A DNA stretch of 64,000 bases from Paracoccaceae bacterium (lineage in GTDB: Bacteria; Pseudomonadota; Alphaproteobacteria; JAPKNN01): positions 2,191-66,190 of the forward strand of contig JAPKNN010000004.1 of the NCBI GenBank assembly GCA_040266715.1, read 5' to 3'. The notes under the pieces are model-generated. The model had not been told where the DNA came from and made no database searches. It saw only the letters and a list, made by a program, of their open reading frames with translations. Positions 10,167 through 20,036 of the stretch are shown piece by piece. A program made the translations under genes and the position numbers. The first letter of the stretch is position 1; each line of letters begins with the position of its first letter.

Positions 10167-10703
10167 TCAGGCCAATTTTTTATTATTTTTATGCATAGTT
10201 TCCACTATATTTTGCCGTCTCGCTGGTGTTATTTTCTGATAAGCTTCTTTATTATGTTGATCGCAATATGGTGTTCCTGATTTACTTTTTTTACCACAAA
10301 ATCGAAAATCACTTTCTCCAGGATCTCCATGTGGCCATTTACAAGAACCATTCTTCAAAGCCAAAACAAGACTAATGCTGCTATCATAGAGGGTCTCACC
10401 ACCTCTATTATAAATATAATTGTCTTCAACATTCTCCGACAACCCATCACCCCAGTAAGTCTTTGCATTTGTATCATTATCTTTCTCGTCTACTATGTTG
10501 AGGCCTAAACTCCCCCCTTTAAGGGCGGAACTCGCTTTACCTCTTGCTGCTGCTCTGGCTGGCAAGCCCAATCTATGAACTTTTCCTATTACAGCATTAC
10601 GTGAAACCCCTGTTAATTTAGCCGAGATATTGCTTGCGCTTAAACCTTCTAGCCAATACTTAGTTAATAGCTCAACTCGTTCCTGTGTCCATGTAGATAC
10701 CAT
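10167..10703 (-). CDS. gcrA: Cell cycle regulator GcrA
   Basis: WTQERVELL..W.EGLSAS...GVSRNAVIGKVHRLGL HTH and C-terminal CKWP.GDP....F.FCG......PYC..H. Confidence 0.93.
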   Translation of the reverse strand: MVSTWTQERVELLTKYWLEGLSASNISAKLTGVSRNAVIGKVHRLGLPARAAARGKASSALKGGSLGLNIVDEKDNDTNAKTYWGDGLSENVEDNYIYNRGGETLYDSSISLVLALKNGSCKWPHGDPGESDFRFCGKKSKSGTPYCDQHNKEAYQKITPARRQNIVETMHKNNKKLA

Positions 10704-10878
10704 ATATACTCCTCGTAAATGTATTAAAATCTTTATTCAAATTGACCACGCATCTTCCTATCCAATTAAAGTGAGTGTATAACTCTCTAGTCAGAACAAC
10801 AAGCATCGTTTTAACAGAACAAAAATTTTCCCCAACTTATTCTAATGGACAATAAATAATAGGTGATATAATTGACAC

Positions 10879-11829
10879 TTAATATTGATATGTCATATCA
10901 ACGACATTCTTTAATTTTTTTCCTTTTTGATGGTGTCGTATCATATCGATAACGTAACGTGATGCAAAATTTGCATCCGTGACAGCGGCAATATGGGGCG
11001 AAATAAAAGCACGTGGATGTTTCCATAATGGACTTGTCTGAGGCAAGGGCTCATTTTCAAAAACATCCAAACTTACCGCGTACAAAACCCCATCCCCCAA
11101 AGCTTGTAAAATATCTGCTTCTTTGTGCACCCCACCGCGGCCTGCATTAATAAAAACGACACCGCGTAGCAATGGATTACGTCTTAATTTTTTAAACATT
11201 TCATAATTGCATATACCTTGTGTTTCTGGGGTAAGTGGTAATAAGGAAATAAGTATATCAGTTTCATTCAAGAATTCATCCATTTGACCATCATGAAAAC
11301 ACGTGATCCCTTCATATTGCTTTGGTGTTCTGCTATAGCCGTTTACTTTAAATCCTATCATTTTTAATTTTTTGGCGGCATCATAGCCAAGAATCCCCAT
11401 TCCTATGATACCCACACTTACATCAGACGCTTTCGGAGCCAGAAATTGCGTCCATTTCTTATCAGCCTTTGCCAGTATTATTTCATCAAGGCGCCTTAAA
11501 TGCATAAGACATTGTAAAACGATGTATTCCGACATTGTATCTGTTAAATAATCATTCACCATTCTTACGATAGGAAGGTGACGCGGGAAAGTTTCATCCC
11601 TGAGAATATGATCTACCCCTGCTCCAAGAGAAAAAACCGCCTTTAAATTTGTACATTCTGCAATTAAACCTTTTGGAGGCATCCACACAAAACAATATGT
11701 ATAGCTACTTAAATCATCTAAATCTGGATATTCATCAATCTGAATATCTGGAGCATATCGTCGAAAAACATTTGTCCACTCATCTTTGATACCGTGATCA
11801 ACAATGATAGCAAGTTTATCCTCTTTCAT
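10879..11829 (-). CDS. ghrA: Glyoxylate/hydroxypyruvate reductase A (D-2-hydroxyacid dehydrogenase)
   Basis: SLGAGVDH, GMGILG, LPLTPET, INAGRG, LDVFENEPL and PHIAA motifs. Confidence 0.85.
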   Translation of the reverse strand: MKEDKLAIIVDHGIKDEWTNVFRRYAPDIQIDEYPDLDDLSSYTYCFVWMPPKGLIAECTNLKAVFSLGAGVDHILRDETFPRHLPIVRMVNDYLTDTMSEYIVLQCLMHLRRLDEIILAKADKKWTQFLAPKASDVSVGIIGMGILGYDAAKKLKMIGFKVNGYSRTPKQYEGITCFHDGQMDEFLNETDILISLLPLTPETQGICNYEMFKKLRRNPLLRGVVFINAGRGGVHKEADILQALGDGVLYAVSLDVFENEPLPQTSPLWKHPRAFISPHIAAVTDANFASRYVIDMIRHHQKGKKLKNVVDMTYQY

Positions 11830-12129
11830 ATCATAGACTCTATTTACAGATTATTTTATGTTCATGCGAAAATAACATTTTACTATTCTACAAATAAGGC
11901 ACCTAAAAAATAAAGGAAAACAACCTAAAATTTGTGTTTTCCACTGCTCATATTTATGATAGGGGAGTAATGATATAATTTATTCCTTCTATTCATAGCA
12001 TACGCAAGATATTCATTTATACATTTCGTATATCATGGAATACTAGTCGCTGAAACGATATATATTTTGTACTAAAGAATTATAAGTAATCTTATATTTT
12101 AAAGTAACCCATATGAATGAGTTTAGCAC

Positions 12130-13023
12130 ATGCATGTAGATTCCACTTCTTATAAAAATTATACGTTCAAAACATATTCTATTGAATCCATACCTGCCCA
12201 AATAGAAAAATTATTGGACCTTAAAGATCACTTCCCAAAAAACATGCGCATTTACTTAACACTCATTGAGTTATCGCAATTATCTCAACAAATTGAAGCG
12301 GCCCAAAAAGTACAAAAGGTTGGCTGTATTCCTGTAATGCACCTGCCTGCTCGTTTAATCAAAGACACAGATGAATTATGCTCTATACTTGAGCAGTATA
12401 AAAGCGCTGGCATAAGTGATTTATTATTACTTGGTGGTAATCCCAAAACGCCCATTGGGTCATTTATGTCGGTTTCTGAATTACTTAAAACGGGGGCATT
12501 TCATAATAAGGGATTTAAAACAATTGCAATAGCTGGTCATCCTGAGGGAAATGCTGAGATGGAGAAGAGCTTTTTACATACACATGAAAACTTTATTCAA
12601 ATTTTGAAAGATAAAATTTCTCTTATCAGAGAAATCGGATGCGAACCACAAATCGTTACACAATTTCTCTTTGATATCAAAACACTTATAACATGGGCAA
12701 AAGAACTACGTAGTAATGGCATAGATGTTCCTATTCATCCTGGGATTGCTGGTCCTGCTTCCATTAAATCTCTTATCAAATTCTCGCTCTTATGTGGCGT
12801 TGGTGCTTCAATTAATTTTTTAAAAAAACAAGCACTCAATATTTCACAACTACTTATTGACTATAACCCCGATAATATGATGCAAGGTCTTGTGGATGAA
12901 ATGTCTTCTTACCCAGATACCAACATTGGGGCCCCTCATTTTTTTGTCTTCGGTGGATTTAAAAAATTATTTACTTGGATAGAAAAAACATCAACTATTT
13001 CTACGCACGATTCTTCTTCATAG
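12130..13023 (+). CDS. Methylenetetrahydrofolate reductase family protein (MetF-like)
   Basis: PVMHLPAR, IAGHPEG, TQFLFD, GIAGPA and CGVGAS motifs of the alphaproteobacterial MTHFR-like subfamily. Confidence 0.8.
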   Translation: MHVDSTSYKNYTFKTYSIESIPAQIEKLLDLKDHFPKNMRIYLTLIELSQLSQQIEAAQKVQKVGCIPVMHLPARLIKDTDELCSILEQYKSAGISDLLLLGGNPKTPIGSFMSVSELLKTGAFHNKGFKTIAIAGHPEGNAEMEKSFLHTHENFIQILKDKISLIREIGCEPQIVTQFLFDIKTLITWAKELRSNGIDVPIHPGIAGPASIKSLIKFSLLCGVGASINFLKKQALNISQLLIDYNPDNMMQGLVDEMSSYPDTNIGAPHFFVFGGFKKLFTWIEKTSTISTHDSSS

Positions 13024-13052
13024 AAACACATATCTAGTATTGTAAATATCTT

Positions 13053-14270
13053 ATGTATGGCTCTTATCTCAATTTAAAAAAAGAAACCTATTTATTATCT
13101 GCCTGTATGGGGCTTGGTATGTCAGCCGCTGTCATATCTATTAGCATTAGTGCAATAGCTGCAAGAGAATTGAGTCAAGACGATGCATTATCTACCATCC
13201 CCCTTGGTTTTCAATATTTATCCTTTGTTATTGCGTCTTTTGTTTTGTCACGCCTCACAGAAAAATTCGGACGCAAGCCTATATTTGTACTTTCTTGCAT
13301 AAGTGGCATTTTTTCTGGTGTGTTGGCTTTTATAGCATTGTCATATAATATTTTTGCGATGTTGGTTTTTTCACATTTTTTACTAGGTATTTTTCTTGTC
13401 ACAATACATTTATTGCGCTTTGCTATACTTGATATTACACCTAAAAAGCAGCATGCTCAAGCCATAAATATCGTTCTGTTTGGTGGTGTTATAGCTTCTG
13501 TTGTAGGCCCTGTATTATCACGCAATGTCCATTCTGGAGCTGGCGCTGTTTTATATGAAAGCATTTACTTAATTAATAGCGGATTAACCTTGTGCACCTT
13601 ACTCATAATATATTTCGTACATTTTCCTAAGCCCACAAAAAATATTACCAATACAAAAAATATTACCAATACAAAATCTATTCCCATTAAACATGTCGTA
13701 TATACTCGTGGTTTTTTACCTGCGGCTATATGTGGCGCAGCGGCCTATGCTGTCATGAATTTATTGATGGTAGGTTCTGGATTACACTTGCATAATCACC
13801 ATATCTCTTTTTTTAATATTAGTATCATTATACAAATTCATGTTTTTTTTATGTATTTCCCGTCGCTTTTTACAACATACCTAATATTATGGCTTGGTAA
13901 CATTCGTTTTATTTACGTTGGTATAATTGTATTTATTATAGCTATTTGTATAGCTTTTGTATCTGAGAATCAAAATGTTATACTCGTGTCGCTACTATGT
14001 ATAGGTTTAGGTTGGAATTTTTTATATGTAGGGGGCTCGTATTTACTGAGCAGTCTATTCAGTGATTCCTATAAATTCAGAGCACAGGGTCTAAATGATA
14101 GTATTATTCATTTATTCACAATGTTGTCATCGTTTTTTACGGGATTTCTATATACAACTCTTGGCTGGCAGGGAATGAACATTATGTGTCTTACCATTAT
14201 TTTTCTTTTTGCGATTTATTTTTATTTTTGGTATGCACAAAAGGAGAACATAATACAAAAACAGGTATAA
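13053..14270 (+). CDS. MFS transporter
   Basis: About 12 hydrophobic segments, EKFGRKP loop motif, GWNFLYVGG. Confidence 0.85.
   Translation: MYGSYLNLKKETYLLSACMGLGMSAAVISISISAIAARELSQDDALSTIPLGFQYLSFVIASFVLSRLTEKFGRKPIFVLSCISGIFSGVLAFIALSYNIFAMLVFSHFLLGIFLVTIHLLRFAILDITPKKQHAQAINIVLFGGVIASVVGPVLSRNVHSGAGAVLYESIYLINSGLTLCTLLIIYFVHFPKPTKNITNTKNITNTKSIPIKHVVYTRGFLPAAICGAAAYAVMNLLMVGSGLHLHNHHISFFNISIIIQIHVFFMYFPSLFTTYLILWLGNIRFIYVGIIVFIIAICIAFVSENQNVILVSLLCIGLGWNFLYVGGSYLLSSLFSDSYKFRAQGLNDSIIHLFTMLSSFFTGFLYTTLGWQGMNIMCLTIIFLFAIYFYFWYAQKENIIQKQV
13635..13676 (+). repeat. In-frame 18-bp tandem repeat (ACAAAAAATATTACCAAT x2.3)
   Basis: Read directly; encodes TKNITNTKNITNTK in the central loop of the MFS protein. 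Confidence 0.9.
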
Positions 14271-14281
14271 AGATATTTAAG

Positions 14282-16003
14282 ATGCAAAATATTGTAGACT
14301 ACATTATCGTTGGAGCCGGTTCAGCTGGTTGCGTTTTAGCCTATAGACTTTTAGAGGGAGGTAAAAAAAACATCCTTCTTTTAGAGGCTGGGGGCAGTGA
14401 TAACAGTATCTATATTAAAATGCCTACAGCTTTATCAATACCCATGAATAGTCCTAAGTATGATTGGGGTTATTATACTGAACCAGAACCATATATGAAT
14501 AATCGTAGACTTCATTGTCCTCGCGGCCGTGTTTTGGGAGGCAGCTCCTCTATTAATGGCATGGCTTATGTAAGAGGGCATCCTATGGATTACGAGACAT
14601 GGGTAAAAGAGGGGGCTGAAGGATGGTCTTACAGTGAAAATCTGCCTTATTTTAAACGTGCCGAAAAATATCATGATCGCGGTTCATTGCTCTCTAAGCA
14701 TTGGTATTGGAGAGGTAAGAATGGACCTTTGCATGTCACACGCGGAAAATTATATAACCCTCTGCACCGTGCCTTATTGAAAGCTGGTGAAGAGGCTGGG
14801 TACGGATATACTGAAGACATGAATGGCTATAAACAGGAAGGTATGGCAGTCATGGATAGAACCACATATGCTGGCATCCGTATGAGTACTGCGCAAACCT
14901 ATTTAAGAAAAGCCAAGAAAAATCCCTCCGCTAAGAAAAACCTTTCCATTCTTACGCATTGTCATGTAACAAAAATACTCTTTGATGAAAATAAAAGAGC
15001 CTATGGTGTTGTATACACACGTGGAAATCAAGAACATGTTGTCAGGGCTAAACACGAAATTATTATTGCCAGCGGCGCCATTAATTCACCCTATTTGCTT
15101 CAACTCTCTGGCGTTGGTGATCCTACTATTTTACACAAGCATAACATAAAGATAATTCATTCTTTACGGCATGTTGGGCGTAATCTCATGGACCATTTAG
15201 AAACCTATATTCAATATCGCTGCAAAAAACCCATATCATTGAATCGTCATTTAAGTTTTTTTTCTAAAGCCCTTATAGGCATTAAATGGTTCTTATTTAA
15301 ATCAGGTCTGGGTATTACTAATCACTTTGAGTGTGGTGCCTTTATTCGCTCTCGTCGCGCTATACAATGGCCAGATATTCAATACCACTTCTTGCCCGCA
15401 GCAATGCGATATGACGGTAAGAGTGCTTTAAGGGGCGATGGTTTTCAATTACACACTGGGCCAATGCGTTCAAAAAGTCGTGGTAGAGTTGGATTGCAAT
15501 ATAAGAATGGACATATACATCCCCACATTCTTTTCAATTATATGTCACATGAAGAGGATTTTCTTGATTTTAGAAGAGCTATTCAGCTCTCGCGTGAAAT
15601 TATTAACCAAAAAGCTTTCGATGAATTTCGTGCCGAAGAAATATCTCCTGGAATACATTGTCACAATGATGCCGATTTAGATAATTTTATAAAGGATAAG
15701 AGCGAAAGTGCATACCATCCCTGTGGCACTTGTCGCATGGGACAATCTGCATCAAATAGTGTTGTTGATACACAATGCCGCATACATGGGTTAAAAAACA
15801 TTCGGGTCATTGATGCTTCTGTTATGCCCCATATTACCAATGGCAATCTTAACGCACCAACAATAATGATCGCTGAAAAAGTTGCTGATATGATATTAGG
15901 ACACCCTCCTTTAGAACCTATGACGGAACCATGGTACATACCACCTCAATGGCAAACTCAACAACGTATTTATCAGCCACACAATATCTCTTACAATATC
16001 TAA
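14282..16003 (+). CDS. betA: Choline dehydrogenase
   Basis: GMC oxidoreductase (GAGSAG, GGSSSING, HPCGTCRMG, GNLNAPTIM) with BetA-type PTALSIPMN and PDIQYHFLP; ATG at 14282 follows the MFS stop. Confidence 0.9.
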   Translation: MQNIVDYIIVGAGSAGCVLAYRLLEGGKKNILLLEAGGSDNSIYIKMPTALSIPMNSPKYDWGYYTEPEPYMNNRRLHCPRGRVLGGSSSINGMAYVRGHPMDYETWVKEGAEGWSYSENLPYFKRAEKYHDRGSLLSKHWYWRGKNGPLHVTRGKLYNPLHRALLKAGEEAGYGYTEDMNGYKQEGMAVMDRTTYAGIRMSTAQTYLRKAKKNPSAKKNLSILTHCHVTKILFDENKRAYGVVYTRGNQEHVVRAKHEIIIASGAINSPYLLQLSGVGDPTILHKHNIKIIHSLRHVGRNLMDHLETYIQYRCKKPISLNRHLSFFSKALIGIKWFLFKSGLGITNHFECGAFIRSRRAIQWPDIQYHFLPAAMRYDGKSALRGDGFQLHTGPMRSKSRGRVGLQYKNGHIHPHILFNYMSHEEDFLDFRRAIQLSREIINQKAFDEFRAEEISPGIHCHNDADLDNFIKDKSESAYHPCGTCRMGQSASNSVVDTQCRIHGLKNIRVIDASVMPHITNGNLNAPTIMIAEKVADMILGHPPLEPMTEPWYIPPQWQTQQRIYQPHNISYNI

Positions 16004-16998
16004 CGTCGTGTTGGCGGCAACAAGCTTAACTGAGCACGTTCAATAGATAAATGATCGGCAAAACGGTATAATTGTGCTGGTCTGCCACCCGTATCAATGC
16101 ATATATCATCTGCGGCATATACCAATTTCGATTTCATCACATGGCGTCGAAAATTTTGCTTGTGAAGGGGCATGCCATAAATACCTTCAATGGTTTTTTG
16201 GAGGGTAAAAAGTGTAAATTTTTCAGGCATGACATCAAAAATAACGGGTCTATATTTTATTTTTGCCCTTAATCGTGATATGGCTGTAGCTAAAATACGC
16301 CGGTGATCAAGGTGCAATTCTTGCCCTAATTGCGGATATGCAGACCCCATCTCTTTTAAATGCCGACGAGCCAAATCTTTTCCATCGCGTACAGCTTCAT
16401 TAACGAAACCCGCTTCATATAATATTTCATACCGTTCTAATACCCGCTCGGGATCCCATGACCGATTACCAAAGGCAAAAAATTCATACATACGTTCATC
16501 CCAACTATCAAATGCCTGTTGATGTCTTTTTTTTTGCTCAGCATATTGCTTAAGTAAGGGATAGATTGTCTGTCTAATGAGAGAGGGCATGCCATTACGC
16601 CAATCTTCCCACGGAAAAAAATGATACCAGTCTAACCACCTATCGTGTATAGTATTCTGTGCGTGTGTAAGGGCTAAATAGCCAATAGAAATTGACGAAT
16701 GACCGTTTTCATTATTGTTACGCATACGGCCATTATCACCAAAACTATATAATTGCTCAACATAACGAAGGCTAAAACCCGTTTTTTCTTGCACCACAAT
16801 CCGTAGGCCCTGTTGCATTTTCTGATGTTTTTTTGGATCAAATTTTCCTCCTGGCAGCCCCTGAATAGGGTCTTTATCATCAACATCAACGATAAATACG
16901 TGCGGGGTCTGATCAGTAATACCGACGATAACGGCACTTAAGTCAACAAAAAGTAAGGGAGAATGTGTAACCTTATTTATTTCCTGTGTTTCTTTCAT
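16000..16998 (-). CDS. NadQ/NrtR-like NAD regulator (Nudix-like plus wHTH)
   Basis: YVEQLYSFGD, WYHFFPWEDWR, RYEILYEAG, DHRRILATA..RLRAKIKYRP, HKQNFRR, TGGRPA. Confidence 0.82.
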   Translation of the reverse strand: MKETQEINKVTHSPLLFVDLSAVIVGITDQTPHVFIVDVDDKDPIQGLPGGKFDPKKHQKMQQGLRIVVQEKTGFSLRYVEQLYSFGDNGRMRNNNENGHSSISIGYLALTHAQNTIHDRWLDWYHFFPWEDWRNGMPSLIRQTIYPLLKQYAEQKKRHQQAFDSWDERMYEFFAFGNRSWDPERVLERYEILYEAGFVNEAVRDGKDLARRHLKEMGSAYPQLGQELHLDHRRILATAISRLRAKIKYRPVIFDVMPEKFTLFTLQKTIEGIYGMPLHKQNFRRHVMKSKLVYAADDICIDTGGRPAQLYRFADHLSIERAQLSLLPPTRR

Positions 16999-17063
16999 AC
17001 AAATTATACAATCATTAAAATTACAGCTTTATATCTGTTTAATCTTATTTTACTGCGCTGGCT

Positions 17064-17624
17064 TTAGGAAAATAGGTCAGCGGTATCAAGGCAAGTTAAA
17101 CCGCCACTATAAGCTTCTTTCCCTCGTCCTATATCCTGTGCTGCCTGTAACAGGCGTCCATTACGTTCTAATAATACATCTGCATAGTGACACATGGCTT
17201 TATTGGGAGTAATATAGGAATTTTTCTCACGCATATAGTGTGCAATCGTTTTTTCTGGAATGTGAGAAAGCCACATACATAACGCGATAAAGCTTGCTGC
17301 AGGCGAACGACTAATGCCAGCATAACATGAAAATAACAAACAAATATTAGTGGTTTCATTTGCACAAATCCATCCCTCTATATCTGCTATTAAAGAATGT
17401 ATTTGCTGCTGGGTTACAGCTTTTAATAATGCTCTTTTATCAGCGTCAACAATGTCCTCCAAATCATCAATATCATTAAAGCAGTAAGACGATTTATGTG
17501 CACACACAAATTCTTCAAACTGTGTCGGTAGTTTTGCATGTGGCGAGTAAAAATATGCCCAGTAATCTGGCTTGATATCCATACATTGAGAGAATGTGTC
17601 TTGCCCTGTTATGACGACACGCAT
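17064..17624 (-). CDS. Predicted tyrosine phosphatase family protein (CX5R)
   Basis: CYAGISRS active-site loop, TPN motif, C-terminal IGRG. Confidence 0.75.
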   Translation of the reverse strand: MRVVITGQDTFSQCMDIKPDYWAYFYSPHAKLPTQFEEFVCAHKSSYCFNDIDDLEDIVDADKRALLKAVTQQQIHSLIADIEGWICANETTNICLLFSCYAGISRSPAASFIALCMWLSHIPEKTIAHYMREKNSYITPNKAMCHYADVLLERNGRLLQAAQDIGRGKEAYSGGLTCLDTADLFS

Positions 17625-17632
17625 AACGAATA

Positions 17633-18271
17633 TTACCTCTTTTCTCGTGTTGTATTATTGTGTGTTATCATATAGTGACATTCTTGTAAAAAAAGTGTTT
17701 CGCTATCATATACTGCAAGAGGTACAATCGTTGCGAAATCCTGTTTTAAGATAAGATAATCTGGTGAATTATCTAAAAACAATTCTTTTGCCTCTGCAAT
17801 TGAGAATCCCGCAATACCAATAGCCTCGACAAATGCGGCTGTTTGATCGGCATGTTTTATAAGAGAGGCGATATTTACATCAACGGGATGTTTAAGATCA
17901 AAATGAGAATGTATGGCCTCGGCGATGGCTTCCTCGTAAGAACGATAATCATCACCTATGAGTTTTTTAAAAGGGCTAATTAGATCTCCTATCACATATT
18001 CTGGAGCATCATGTAATAATATATATAATTGCGTCATTGCGTCGAGCTGGGGATTATAATATAAGGCAATATCCCTTACCAAAACGCTATGTTGTGCTAC
18101 CGAAAAGGCATGTTTACCTGCTGTCTGACCGTTCCACCGTGCTAAGCGACTTAATCCATGTGCAATGTCTTGTAAAGATATATCTTTAGCTTTCGGCTGG
18201 CGTAGGTCAAGACATCGCCCGCTTAGCATCCTCTGCCATACACGTGTATGTCTTTTTTTATCAATTGGCAT
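17633..18271 (-). CDS. HD-family hydrolase (YfbR-like)
   Basis: WQRMLSGR, IAHGLSRLARWNGQT, SVAQHS, LLHDAPEYVIGD. Confidence 0.85.
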   Translation of the reverse strand: MPIDKKRHTRVWQRMLSGRCLDLRQPKAKDISLQDIAHGLSRLARWNGQTAGKHAFSVAQHSVLVRDIALYYNPQLDAMTQLYILLHDAPEYVIGDLISPFKKLIGDDYRSYEEAIAEAIHSHFDLKHPVDVNIASLIKHADQTAAFVEAIGIAGFSIAEAKELFLDNSPDYLILKQDFATIVPLAVYDSETLFLQECHYMITHNNTTREKR

Positions 18272-18348
18272 TGTTTTATATGCTTATATTCTCATCTAAT
18301 TGCCCGTAATGTAATGATATGTACACCCCTTACTAAGCCTATACGTGA

Positions 18349-18966
18349 TTATTTTTTGCTGATTTGTTTACATTTTTCATAACAGTGACATGACATAATA
18401 TGATCGTTAACAAAGCCACAGGCCTGCATAAAAGCATACACGATTGTCGGGCCACAAAAACGAAAACCTTTTTTTCTCAATGCTTTTGACATAGCATGTG
18501 ATTCAGCCGTATGTGCAGGAATATCCTGCATTGTCTTAAACATGTTTTGTCTTGGTTTGCCTTGCATAAAATGCCATAAAAAATCTGAAAATCCCGCTTC
18601 TTTTTCCATCATGTCAAGCCATATTTGTGCATTGCTAATTGTGGCTTTAATTTTTGCTTTATTGCGAATGATACCTGTATTTTGTAACAAATCATGCTGT
18701 TTTTTTTCATCATAGCGTGCGATTTTCTCGGGATCAAAATTATCAAATGCCTGTCTAAAACCATCACGCTTACGCAAAATTGTTAGCCATGAAAGCCCTG
18801 CCTGAAACCCATCTAAAATTAACTTTTCAAAAAGTGCTCGATCATCATATTCTGGCACCCCCCATTCTGTATCGTGGTATGCAAGATAAATTGGATCTGC
18901 CGTTAACCAAGGACAACGTATAATTGAAGTGTCATATGTTACAGTAGCTTCATTATTAGATATCAT
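18349..18966 (-). CDS. tag: DNA-3-methyladenine glycosylase I
   Basis: RCPW...YHDTEWG, FQAGLSW, IIRN..KI, GFRFCGPTIVYAFMQA, NDH...C. Confidence 0.95.
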   Translation of the reverse strand: MISNNEATVTYDTSIIRCPWLTADPIYLAYHDTEWGVPEYDDRALFEKLILDGFQAGLSWLTILRKRDGFRQAFDNFDPEKIARYDEKKQHDLLQNTGIIRNKAKIKATISNAQIWLDMMEKEAGFSDFLWHFMQGKPRQNMFKTMQDIPAHTAESHAMSKALRKKGFRFCGPTIVYAFMQACGFVNDHIMSCHCYEKCKQISKK

Positions 18967-18992
18967 TTCTACACCATTCCTTTTTTATGTAT

Positions 18993-19880
18993 TCATGCCA
19001 TACTTTCCTCTTGCATCCATGTCAGATTTACAAGATGCAGAGCAAGATTGTTGCATTTGAAAAACAGTGTGGCAAGATTTTCGGATTTGCCAATACGAAC
19101 TAACCCTAATGCATAGCGTGTTTTTTCTTCTTCTTGTAGGCCAGCAAATTCATTAATGACTTTTCCAACACGTTTTTCCTCAGAATATATGGGAGTTTCT
19201 AATCGCAACGCCTCTTCCTGCTGATAACTGAATAACAATAGGCGCTTTTTGACATTGGCTTTATAATGCATGTGTGAAACAACTTCCTGACCAATGTAAC
19301 AACCTTTGTTAAAATTCACCCCATTAAGATAGTCAATATTGGCCTCATGTAAAAATAACTGCCGCGTTGGATATTCTAGACCTGCCTCTAATAAACCATT
19401 GAGAAGACGTTTTATGTTATATTGTACATAATCACAATGCAGTGCTTTCTCATGCTTACAATCACGCAGATAATATTGCCAAAAATGGGGCATGCGTGGA
19501 TCATCAAAACGGCAGATGTAATCATCATTATTATCTAATGTATTGTCCTGCCTATGCGTTATTACAAAACGGTTGTCATGCTCTATTACAACATCTCTTC
19601 GTCTTGCAAATAAACGGAGTTGAGGGAGTATTGACGTCATAAATTGGGCCGCTATCACTAGGATATATTCATCTTTTTGTAAACGGATTAGAAATACGTC
19701 GCAGATAATTTTTGCTTGTGGTGTTAACAAAACAGCATAGCACATGCTTTCCTGCTTCATTGCTGTGATATCGTTACTGACAATATTTTGTAAAAAATCT
19801 GTAGCATCCCCTCCTGCAATACGAATGTGTTCCCCTGCTATCAATGGAGGTTTTATAAATGATTGATCATACATAGTCAT
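18993..19880 (-). CDS. ygfZ: Folate-binding Fe-S/tRNA-modification protein YgfZ
   Basis: KGCYIGQE signature and FLQ..VSND. Confidence 0.88.
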   Translation of the reverse strand: MTMYDQSFIKPPLIAGEHIRIAGGDATDFLQNIVSNDITAMKQESMCYAVLLTPQAKIICDVFLIRLQKDEYILVIAAQFMTSILPQLRLFARRRDVVIEHDNRFVITHRQDNTLDNNDDYICRFDDPRMPHFWQYYLRDCKHEKALHCDYVQYNIKRLLNGLLEAGLEYPTRQLFLHEANIDYLNGVNFNKGCYIGQEVVSHMHYKANVKKRLLLFSYQQEEALRLETPIYSEEKRVGKVINEFAGLQEEEKTRYALGLVRIGKSENLATLFFKCNNLALHLVNLTWMQEESMA

Positions 19881-19889
19881 AATTTTATC

Positions 19890-19937
19890 CTAGACTTTAA
19901 GTATAAGCGAAAATAACAAGAATAAAAGTTTTTCCAT
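19890..19937 (-). CDS. Candidate 15-aa hydrophobic small ORF (MEKLLFLLFSLILKV)
   Basis: GGGGAG Shine-Dalgarno 5 nt before the ATG; stop codon 9 nt before the ygfZ start. Confidence 0.3.
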   Translation of the reverse strand: MEKLLFLLFSLILKV

Positions 19938-20036
19938 TATAACTCCCCAAATTATTGTTCGCCTTGCGTCTTTACTTCGCGTTTATAGTGGGAGGTTTAA
20001 AATTATGTTGTAAAGTAAAAAATATTACAGTACACT

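Noticed and set aside
9771-10280. Plus-strand ORFs 9771-10007 and 10026-10280, and a 43-aa hydrophobic minus-strand ORF (10135-10004) considered as an fxsA remnant
   Set aside because: No FxsA motifs; hydrophobicity is expected from T-rich DNA; the GGAGG is 13 nt from the ATG; the plus-strand ORFs have no recognisable features
11830-12129. Possible SAM-II/SAM-V riboswitch upstream of the metF-like gene (AGTCGCTGAAA resembles the 3' end)
   Set aside because: No matching upstream GAUUU pseudoknot partner or P1 helix found
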